NCBI RefSeq assembly: GCF_030028105.1
Contig: NC_092371.1
Span: forward strand, 96,189,064-96,253,063
Origin: Mobula birostris
Taxonomy: Eukaryota
Length of the DNA stretch: 64,000 nt
Direction of reading: 5' to 3'
The translations under genes and the position numbers were made by a program. Of the stretch, positions 12,191 through 22,728 are shown one piece after another. Within the stretch, counting starts at the first letter, position 1. Each line of letters begins with the position of its first letter. Below the pieces are notes generated by a model. The model worked only from the letters and a program-made list of their open reading frames with translations, was not told where the DNA came from and ran no database searches.

Positions 12191-13726
12191 TTCACGTACA
12201 TTTCACGTACATCTGCTCTCACTCCATCCTCCCGCCACCCCACTAGGAATAGGGTTCCCCTGGTCCTCACAATATGTTGTGTCCTTGAACAAGGCACTTA
12301 ACCACACATTGCTCTGCGACGACACCGGTGCCAAGCTGTATCGGCGCTAGTGCCCTTCCCTTGGACAACATCGGTAGCGTGGAGAGGGAAGACTTGCAGC
12401 ATGGGCAACTGCCGGTCTTCCATACAACCTTGCCCAGGCCTGCGCCCTGGAAACCTTTCAAGGCGCAAATCCATGGTCTCACGAGACTAACGGGTGCCAA
12501 TTATAAATGGGAATTCACGTTGATCTGGTTTATTGAAGGCTGTTCGTAGCAGAATACAGAAGACATAATCAGTGGCATTGTGTATTTGGACTTCCAAAAG
12601 GTCTTCGGATAGAAACATAACAACGGGTTAATAGTCAAGATTTTTTAAAAACACCATATTAGAGACAATATATTGACAGGGACTAAGGGTTAAGGGCTCG
12701 TTTTGTTTGGGTAATCGTGGTATTCAGGTAGTTTCAGAGCTACCACGACTACTGTTCACAATCTACGTCAATGATCTGTATACGGATACCAAATGCAACA
12801 CATCCGAATTGTTTGCATTGTGGGTTGTGAGGAGGATACAGTAAAGTGCCGTGTGAATATAAAGGTGTTGTGGAAATAAGCCTATGAGAAATATCTCCTT
12901 ATCTGACAGTTAATTAACATGGGTAGTGGAAACGGAGGATAACTACCTTAACAGATTCCTAAGGGATATAATCGAACTAATGAAAATGACAAACATTGGA
13001 GATATGGCGATTCCAAACCCCTCCTTCGCCCTTCTGATGTTTATCACTCGTTTCCACTTTCTGTGCGTTCCGGGCATATATTAGATTCTGCATAAAACTT
13101 AACTCATGTTGAAAATCTGAAGCAGAATACAGTGGATCCTGGAACGAAAAGCGCTCAGCATAATGAACAGCTTCTGAGGAGTGAATATCATTTGATGTTA
13201 GTGATTTTACGAAGTATTTCGGCATGCACAATTGCGTTAAGGCACCCATTCCTTCTGTATTGCTCATCTAGAAAAGTTACCCTTACATGGAAGTGTTACG
13301 GTCTGGTCGTTGACTCCTCATTTCAGTTAATTTCCTTTTCCCCGTGTTCCACCGGGCTCCTTAATTAGGGCACCTGATCCTCATGCGAACTGGCAGCATA
13401 AAAACTCCAGTTTACATCGACTCGGGGCTGGACCGTCACACCGCAGCCCGTGCAGCAATGCACGTTCCGGAGCCGCCGAGAATAGTGGACTCGAAGTTGC
13501 TTCGGTGCCTGGGGTTGCTTTGTGAATACTGTCGTTTTCGTGTCCAGTTAAGATTAGCCGCCGTCTGCCGCTACTCCGTGTCAAAATACGAATTCTGTCG
13601 TTTTCGTTGGCAGCTGAGAATTGCCGGCCGTTTGACGCTACTCCGAGCCAAGATACGAATCGTCTGCCGTTGTTGGGTTTTGTCGTCTCGTGTCCAGCTG
13701 AGTGTTGCAGGCCGTTTGCCGCTAAT

Positions 13727-13866
13727 CCAAGTCAAGTCCGAGTCCAGGCTCCGTGTCCAAGTCAAGTCCGAGTCCAGGCTCCGAATCCAAGTCAAGTCCG
13801 AGTCCAGGCTCCGAATCCAAGTCAAGTCCGAGTCCAGGCTCCGTGTCCAAGCCAAGCCCGAGTCCA
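13727..13866. repeat. 24-bp tandem repeat (CCAAGTCAAGTCCGAGTCCAGGCT-like), ~5 units, inside the LTR
   Basis: Directly visible; degenerates into CCAAGT hexamer arrays to ~14070; fewer units in the second LTR (~16690-16870). Confidence 0.9.
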
Positions 13867-14681
13867 GGATCAGTGTCCGAGTCCATGTCCAAGTCGGAGC
13901 TTAGTGTCTGAGTCCAAGTCCAAGTCCAGGCTCTGCGTCCAAGTCCTCGTCCAAGTCCAGGCCCCGCCTCCAAGTCCAAGTCCAAGTCCAGGTTCTGCGT
14001 CCGTGTCCAAGTCCATTTTCCACGTCGGAGTCTAAGTCCAAGTCCCAGTTCTGCGTCCAAGTCCAAGTCCAGGTTCTTCGGGTTTGTTATCCAACAGCCA
14101 TGTTTACCTCCATGTAAGCACCTAATCCTCGCTCTCCTGCCTTCCTGACAACTATTAATAAAACACACTTCTGTTAATGTGTCTGTCTCCTGCACTTGGG
14201 TGCGCCTCCAACGCCCCTTATAACAGAACGAACCAGTCAAACGAGGACCCAGCAGACACAGACACTTTCTTACAAACTCTCGTTAACCAGAGTCCCCTCC
14301 TGCCAAACCCCCCGCCCCAACTGTCGGTAATCTGGGCAAGTCTGTTGCATCGCCTGCGGGCTCCCATTTAGGGGGGATACTTTCACGGTCCGATCTGTTG
14401 ACTCCTCCTTTCAGTTAATTTCCTTTCCCCCGTATTCTACCAGGCTCCTTGATTAGGACACCTGCTCCTCATCTGAACCGGCAGCATAAAAACTCCGGCT
14501 TACATCTACTCGGGGCTGGACCATCACACTACAGTCTGTGCGGCAATGCACATTCCGGGGCAGCCGTGAATGGACTCCTGCGCTGTGTGGCAATGCACGC
14601 TCCGGGCCGCCGAGAATAGTGGACTCTAAGTTGTTTCGGTGCCTGGGGTTGCTTTGTGAATACTGTCGTTTTCGTGTCAGT

Positions 14682-16517
14682 AGACAATAGACAATAGGTG
14701 CAGGAGTCGGCCATTCGGCCCTTCGAGCCAGCACTGCCATTCACTGTGATCATGGCTGATCATCCACAATCAGTACGCCGTTCCTGCCTTTTCCCCATAT
14801 CCCTTGACTCCGCTATCTTTCAGAGCTCTATCTAACTCTTTCTTGAAAGCATCCAGAGAATTGGCCTCCACTGATTTTTGAGGTAGAGCATTCCACAGAA
14901 CCACAACCATCTGTGTGAAGAAGTTTTTCCTCAACTCCGTTCTAAATGGTCTACCCCTTATTCTTAAACTGTGGCCTCTGGTTCTGGACTCCCCCGACAT
15001 CGGGAACATGTTTCCTGCCTCCAGCGTGTCCAATCCCTTAATAATCTTATATGTTTCAATCAGATCCCCTCTCATCCTTCTAAATTCCAGTGTATACAAG
15101 CCCAGTCGCTCCAATCTTTCAACATATGACATTCCTGCCATACCTAGAATTAATCCAGTGAACCTACGCTGCACTCCCTCGATAGCAAGAATGTCCTTCC
15201 TCAAATTTGGAGACCAAAACTGCACACAATGCTCCAGGTGGGGTCTCACCAGGGCCTTGTACAACTGCAGAAGGACCTGTCTGCTCCTATACTCAACTCC
15301 CCTTGTTATGATGGCCAAGATGCCATTAGATTTTTTCACTGCCTGCTGTACCTATATACTTACTTTCAGTGACTGATGAACAAGGACACCCAGATCTCGT
15401 AGTACTTCCCCTTTTCTTAACTCGAAACCATTCAAATAGTAATCTGCATTCCAGTTCTTGCCACCAAAGTGGATAACCTCATATTTATCCACATTAAACT
15501 GCATCTGCGATGCATCTGCCCACTCACGCAACCTGTCCAAGTCACCGTGCATTCTCATACCATCCTCCTCACATTTCACACTGTCACTCAGCTTTGTGTC
15601 ATCTGCAAATTTGCTAATGTTACTGTTAATCCCTTCATCTAAATCATTAATGTATATTGTAAATAGCAGCGGTCCCAGCACCGAACCTTGCGCTACCCCA
15701 CCAGTCACTGCCTGCCATTCTGAAAAGGACCCGTTAGTCCCTACTCTTTGTTTCCTGTTTGCCAACCAATTTTCTATCCATGTCAGTACCTTACCCCCAA
15801 TACCATATGTTCTAATTTTGTCTACCAACCTCCTATGTGGAACCTTATCAAAGGCTTTCTGGAAGTCCAGGTACACTACATCCACTGGCTTTCCCATGTC
15901 CATTTTCACAGTTACATCCCCAAAAAAATTCCAGAAGATTAGTCAAGCATGATTTCCCCTTCGTAAATCCATGCTGACTCGGACCAATCCTGATACTGCT
16001 ATCCAAATATGCCGCTATTTCTTCTTTTATAATTGACTCCAGCTTCTTCCCCACCACTGATGTCAGACTAACTGGTCTACAATCGCCTGTTTTCTCTCTC
16101 CCTCCTTTCTTAAAAAGTGGAATAACATTAGCTACCCTCCAATCCGCAGGAACTGATCCTGAATCTATAGAACATTGGAAAATGAATACCAATGCGTCCA
16201 CGATTTCTAGAGCCACCTCCTTAAGTACCCTGGGATGCAGACCATCAGGCCCAGGGGATTTATCAGCCTTCAGTCCCATCAGTTTACTGAACACCATTTT
16301 CTGCCTAATGCGAATTTCCTTCAGTTCTTCCGTTACCCTAGGTCCTCTAGCCACTATTACATCTGGGAGATTGTTTGTGTCTTCCCTAGTGAAGACAGAT
16401 CCGAAGTACCCGTTCAGCTCGTCTGCTACTTCCTTGTTCCCCATAATAATTTCACCCGTTTCTGTCTTCAAGGGTCCAAATTTGGTCTTAACTAATTTTT
16501 TTCTTCTTCACATACCT
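14682..16517 (-). mobile_element. 5'-truncated frameshifted CR1 LINE inserted in the second LTR
   Basis: ORFs 15848-16471, 15352-15909, 14770-15339 encode successive RT segments (YLDFQKAFD, KFADDTK); (TAGACAA)n tail at ~14682; AGT on both flanks. Confidence 0.92.
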
Positions 16518-19500
16518 AGTTTAGCTGGCCTTTTGCCGTTACTCCAAGTCAAGATACGAATTCAGTCGTTTACGTGGGCAGCTGAGAATTGCTGGCCGTT
16601 TGCCAAGACAAGCCAAGACGCGAATTGTCTGTCGTTGTTGGGTTTTGTCGTCTCGTGTCCAGCTGAGTGTTGCAGGCCGTTTGACGCTACTCCAAGTCAA
16701 GTCCGAGTCCAGGCTCCGTGTCCAAGTCAAGTCCGAGTTCAGGCTCCAAGTCCAAGTCAAGTCCAAGTCCAAGTCGAGGTTCTGCATTCAAGTCCATGTC
16801 CAGGTTCTGCATCCAAGTTCAGGTCCAGGTTCCGCGTCCTTGTCCAAGTCCGGGTTCCACGTCCGATTCCAAGTCCAGGTTCCTCTGGTTTGTTGTCCAA
16901 CGTTTACGTCTATGTAAGCATCTAATCCTCGCTCTCCGGCCTTCCTGGCAACTATTAATAAAACACACTTCTGTTAATGTTACCTCCGTGTCTGTGTCCA
17001 GCACTTAGGTCCGACCCCAACGCCCCATTGTAATAGGAAGACAGGATAAATATTGCGATATTGCAGAGTTGAATATTAAGTTGTGACATTTAAAATTAAA
17101 AGTCGATATACTGACATCTTCTCCGATGCGCTTTTTTGCTCTTCCCTCTTTAGTTTAGCAGCAAGTAAATTTAATATTAATTTGGATCATATTATTTCAT
17201 GTTCCATTATGTATACTGACCATTACTCCAAGGTGTTGCTGAAATTGTAGAGGGTGCTCCGGAGAATACGGCACATGTGGAATACTGATTGAAGTCTGTT
17301 TCTCTTTACCTAATATAGCCTACACATGATTTGGAATGAATAAAGCATAATTTTACTGGTGTACTTCGGTAGTGAAGTTCTATTACCAGACATTTAAGAA
17401 GACTGGTGTAACGTCACCGGATTTCAGCAAAATGAGATGTTCTCATTGCGACATGCAAAAAAAAAGCTCTGACAAGATGAATTTTAGAATTCATTTCATC
17501 TTGCTGTTTAGGATCTATAAATGAATCACCGAAAATTAATGGAAACAATCTGCGGGAAGAGCAATAGGACATGATAATAATGGTAAAATATCATAGTGGA
17601 CACACAGTCGCACCTTAACAGGACGTCACCTGAAGATTTTATTTGTTTATTTAGAGACACAGCGTCTAAGATACCCTTCTGATCCAATGAGCCTCACAGC
17701 CGAGCAGTCCGCCTATGAATCCTAGCCTAATAACAGGACAATTTACAATCCAGATCTTTGGAATGTGGAAGGAAACCGGATCACCAGGAGGAAACCCGCA
17801 AGTTCACGGTGAGGAGCCTACAAACTCCTTACAGATTACGTAAGGGTTGAACTCCGAACTCCGGTACCGCTCAGGCTCACGCTAACCATTGCATTATCGT
17901 GGTGTCCACATTGGACAAGTTGAGATTCACTCTCCAAGGAGGAATACGAATGCAAGGAAATGAAGAGGATTCATCAGTTTAGCATCTGGGAGTAGGGATT
18001 AATTCTATGTGGAGAGTTGTGAATGTTATACCTAAATTCTCCAGTGCTCAGAACAGAGTGGTCATCTCATCAAAATAGTGAAAACTCTTACTAGACTTGA
18101 CGATGTGGATGTTTGAAACTAATATTGAAATAGCTTCCGACGAGATCGGATAAATCAAACGGAAATGGGGAAATCTGGAGTAGTGATATTTCATACCATA
18201 TTTCGCACCAAAGGTTGCAGTGGTGCGGAGCAATAAATCAAAGGTAATGTTTTGACTTTTATAACTAATTGACAGTAAGTCCATATTTCGACGCATCTTC
18301 TGACGTTTTGTTTCGGATCTTTCAATTTTGTTTGACAAATGTAATAGAAAGTGTTTACAATATTACTTTCACGCATTATTGTTTGGCTTCGCATAGAGGA
18401 GGTAAGTGGTATATTTAAATGAATTCTTCATATTTTACAGGAAGTTCCAGAGACCACAATTTTTTCTATCTAGTGCTTATTATCTGTGTCGAAGACAGGA
18501 TATACTTGCTTGGAGCCAGTGCAGCACAAGAGACTGAATTAATTCCTAATGTGAAAACAATCTCCATTAAACAGATATTTAAGAAAACTGGAGTAAAGTT
18601 ATTGTAGTCCAACAGAATGTGAGACAATTTCTGTGCAAAATCATCAATTGGTTTGACAAACCAGATATTAGGAAGCATTTTACGTAGCCATTAAAACTAG
18701 ACCTTGAGTCAACCGCCTTTGAGTGAAGATTTGGATAATCTGAGGACAAAAAGCTTTTTATATGAAGCATTCCCAACGTTCGCCTCAGAGATCAGTCATA
18801 TACGGTATTCATCGGTGACTCTGCTAGATTTTAGAATACCTTGTACGGGGAATACAGCGTACGAGGAACAGCAGGACAATGGGTAAGAAATATGGTCCTA
18901 CTGGAGTAGGGATAGGCAGTGGGTGGAGCTAGGTGATCCTATATTGGTACTGCTGCATCTTTCTTCGGTCTTTGACTTGATGGATGTGACCAAAATATTA
19001 CTAATTTACAACAAGGAACCTATAATATAATCAGATATATATATCTTAACTCTGAATAATCCCAAAATTAGCATAATTAATGTCTTCTCGTTACGCACAT
19101 TGATCATTGCTCTCATAAGAGTCATTGCCAGCGATGACTTCTACCTAATATTATTACACCCCAGCACTCGTACCCCTACTGCGACAACCACCAGAACATC
19201 TGACATCTTGTGCATGAGACCATCTAATACAACATAGTAATCGTTCATCCCACATCCCACACTTTCAGTAAAAAGGTGGAACAGAGGTTGAAAATATGGT
19301 TTCTTTTTATCAATGTATAAAATCTGAAATGTTAACAGTTATACGGAAACTCTCTGACTAGATCAGCACTCGCTGTTTTGATTAAATCTTCTTTAGACTA
19401 CAAGTAATTCTTTGTAAAGTGCGCATTTTCAAGCTACGAGAACGATTTTTTTTGAGAACTATCTGCATGACGGTCAGTTTTTGTTGGAGTACAAAAACCT

Positions 19501-20927
19501 GCTCTGTAGCAGAACCGAAAGGACAGCACCCAGAATTGTACTGTTATAGACCCTTGTGTCTTGGGCCACATTCACCACTTCAAACCATTGGAGACACCAT
19601 TGTTTGTGGAATGTAAGTAAAAGATGAGTTGTGTAAAATGAAAAATGGATCGTAAAGATTGATTGATAGATTGCAAGATTAGCTTAAATTCATTTATTAT
19701 TTTAACTATTTGTGTATTTATCTGTTTCACGAGCAAATTTTAATTAAAACGTTAGTTTAGTTGTTTGATAACATGTTCCAATTTTACTATATTTTGCAAA
19801 TATTTCAATATCAGAGTATATAACTTTCATGGTAGTGTTGTTTCGGCTTCCTGAAAGCCGAAGTGCCGGAACAACAGACCGCGAGGCAGACAAACGTTAT
19901 CTTAGACTTTGTCTTGAGAGAGATCTAAGTACACGAACGGGGACATCATTCTGTAGTTTTGATATCGCCGCTTATAAAGATGGAGGGATTTCAACAAATA
20001 TTCACCAGACTAGTTCCGGAAACAGTGGACTCGCCAAATGAGAATAATTTGCATAGTCTGGACCTGTTTTCTCCAGAATTTACGAGTATAAGGGGAGATC
20101 TCGATGAAGTTTAAAATTCCAACAGATCTTAACACGCTGCATGAAGACAACAGACTCTCCAAGAACCATGGCTCCAGTCTCAGACTGGGCGGTTGCTACT
20201 TGGAACTGAAGTGGGAAACATTTCGGGCCTTTTAGCGGAATTCTGACTAGCGGCGTTCCGTCATGTTCCCGTAAATGGCAACTTGGCACAACCTGCTCAT
20301 CAGTCAAGATCACGCACTTAATGTGCACTCGCTGGTGGAATTCTCCACCCTTTAAAGGCACAGTTATTAAATTCGTTCAAAAAATCGACGGATTTCTGAA
20401 TATTAAGGCAGAAGGCAATACCGTGACGTTGAGGTCGAATCTCAACTACAACTTGATGAATGTCTGGACATGTTAGGAGGACAAAATGCCCTTTTCCTCT
20501 TTCCAGTTTTATGATTAATAACCGATACAACCAGGGTCACATCATCAGTTGTCAAAGAATTTTGACAGCATTTCAGGATGTAACTTTCTTACTGCTCCGC
20601 CTGCATTGGGAAAAATGCAGAGCAGTTCTGAGGTATTTTGCGGTACCATTCCGAGTCTAGGTCGAGAGCTAAAGGAAATAGCAGCATACATAGCCTTTGT
20701 AGATTTTTGGCTTCTTTCTCTGAGATGCCTGAGTACAAATCCCATCTGCAGCTAACTACTGCTGTTCACTTCTGACTATGGTTATCAACATACGGAGCGG
20801 AGTAGGCTGAAATTGTCCCATTTTTGCATCCCCACAATCGCTACTGCAAATCAACGCCCGTAGCTGCTGTTTTTGTACCGCGGCATCTCCACTCAACACA
20901 TTCCGCTGATGTGATAACTTGTAACCA

Positions 20928-21480
20928 CATCAAATTTGCTGGTGAACTCAGCAGGCCAGGCAACATCCCTAGGAAGAGGTACAGCCGACGTTTCAGGCTG
21001 AGACCCTTCGTCAGGACTAACTGAAGAAAAAGCTAGTAAGAGTTTTAAAAGTAGGAGGGGGAGGGGGAGATCGAAAATGATAGGAGAAGACAGGAGGGGG
21101 AGGTTCGGAGCCAAGAGCTGGATAGTTGATTGGCAAAAGGAGTATGAGAGGATCATGGGACAGGAGGGCAGGGAGAAGGAAAAGTGAGGGGGAGAGCCCA
21201 GAGGATGGGCAAGGGATATAGTCAGAGGGACAGAGGGAGAAAAAGCAGAGTGAGAGAAAGAATGTGTGTATCAAAATAAATAACGGATGGGGTACGAGGG
21301 GGAGGTGGGGCATTAGCGGAAGTTAGGGAAGTCAATGTTCATGCCATCAGGTTGGAGGCTACCCAGACGGAACATAAGGTGTTGTTCCTCCAACCTGAGT
21401 GTGGCTTCATCTTTACAGTCGAGGAGGCCGTGGATAGACATATCAGAATGGGAATGGGATGTGGAATTAAAATGTGTGGC
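20928..21480 (-). mobile_element. Penelope-like element 3' fragment (GIY-YIG C-terminus plus terminal repeat)
   Basis: Minus strand ~21478-21315 reads ATHFNSTSHSHSDMSIHGLLDCKDEATLRLEEQHLMFRLGSLQPDGMNIDFPNFR*; absent at the paralogous site ~9435. Confidence 0.78.
20983..21018 (-). ncRNA. Minimal type I hammerhead ribozyme motif
   Basis: Minus: AGTC-CTGACGA-AGGGTCTCAGCCT-GAAAC-GTC^-GGCT. Confidence 0.65.
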
Positions 21481-21530
21481 CGCATGCACGCTTTTCGATT
21501 TCCGGGCAGTATTGCCTTAAAAGACTGGCG

Positions 21531-22110
21531 ATTTTGGGATTGAGTTTAACACCCTGGTCATACCCCACTTGGAGTACTGTGCTCAATTCTGGTCGCCTCA
21601 CTACAGCAAGGACGTGGAACCCATAGAAAGGGTGCACAGGAGATTTACAAGGATGTTGCCTGGATTGGGGAGCATGCCTTATGAGAATAGGCTGAGTGAA
21701 CTCGGCCTTTTCTCCTTGGAGTGGCGGAGGATAAGAGGTGACCTGATAGAGGTTGTCAAGATGATGAAAGGCATTGATCTTGTGGATAGTCAGAGGCTTT
21801 TTCCCAGGGCTGAAATGAGTAACACGAGAGGGCATAATTTTAATGTGCTTGGAAGTAGGTACAGAGGGGATGTCAGGACTAAGTTTTTTGTTTACGCAGA
21901 AAGTGGTGAGTGCATGAAATGGGCTGCCGGCGGCGGTGGTGGAGGCGGAAAAGATAGGGTCTTTTAGGAGATTCCTGGATAACTGCATAGCACTTAGAAG
22001 AATAGAGGGCTTTGGGTAACTCTAGGCAATTTCTAAGATAAGGACATGCTAGTCACAGTTTTGTGGGCCGAAAGGCCTGTATTGTGTTGTAGGTTTTCTA
22101 TGTTTCAATG
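21531..22110 (+). mobile_element. CR1 LINE 3' fragment with 14-bp flanking duplication
   Basis: ORF 21569-21967 (EYCAQFWSPHY...RRIRGDLIE); TTAAAAGACTGGCG at 21517-21530 and 22111-22124. Confidence 0.85.
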
Positions 22111-22399
22111 TTAAAAGACTGGCGCTCGTAGTCTCAATGTACTTAGATATTGATAGGTGCCCATCCTTTGTTTATACTCAACTGTTGACATACAAAATAT
22201 ACAGTTTGCCAGAAGAATAATATTTTATTTTATTAAAAAATTTCTAGGACTCAATTACAAAATGATTATTTTCTTATAATGTAGATATTGTTGAAGTTCT
22301 ACTTTTCGAAAGCCGCTCGCCAATTGAAAGGAAACAATCGTAAAACGTTGCCGTCCCCAACCGCAAGTAACATCGCGCACCCAGCCTGCCGGCTCTCTC

Positions 22400-22728
22400 T
22401 TACGCACAGCCCGACTTCTGGATGCTTCGCTTTAGTGGAGACCCGAGAGACTGGTGTGTAACCCCGCAAGTGTACACTTCGTGTGAGTTTCACTCGGAGG
22501 CGGTCAAGGTGAGGTAACTGCTCAGGCTGTAGGTCTGGTCGTTATTCCGGACGGTTCGGGTCGTCTGGACACCAGCCTTCACGGCATTGCCGTCCATTTC
22601 CCAGGAAACCTCCACCAATCTAGGGGAAACATTATTCACCAGACACACCAGAGTCGCCATCCGTCCTTCAGTGATCTGTTTTGACGTGGGTGGAAGAAGA
22701 GCAATCGAAGGACGGGTCAATTTTCCAC
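22400..22728 (-). pseudogene. IGLC: Constant exon C2 with premature stop
   Basis: Same 329-nt length and acceptor as C1; TGG>TGA at 22492-22490 in ASEW(N); 7 nt differences from C1 counted by eye. Confidence 0.93.

Larger units (their letters stand above)
13294..17035 (+). mobile_element. Two-LTR mini retroelement (LTR 13294-14225, 155-bp internal, LTR 14381-17035 interrupted by CR1)
   Basis: TGTTAC...TAACA first LTR; PPT TTAGGGGGGATAC 14368-14380; perfect TSD GGAAG (13289-13293, 17036-17040); empty paralogous site CCTTACATGGAAGATAGG at ~4922-4939. Confidence 0.88.

Noticed and set aside
13727-13866. Regular direct repeats resembling a CRISPR array
   Set aside because: Units are contiguous with no unique spacers, no cas genes, and the context is a vertebrate LTR
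13383-14240. Long repetitive ORFs on several frames (QVKSESRLR, LDLDL)
   Set aside because: Translations of the LTR tandem array, open only because the units lack stops; same at 2929-3270, 16539-17008 and 50077-50465
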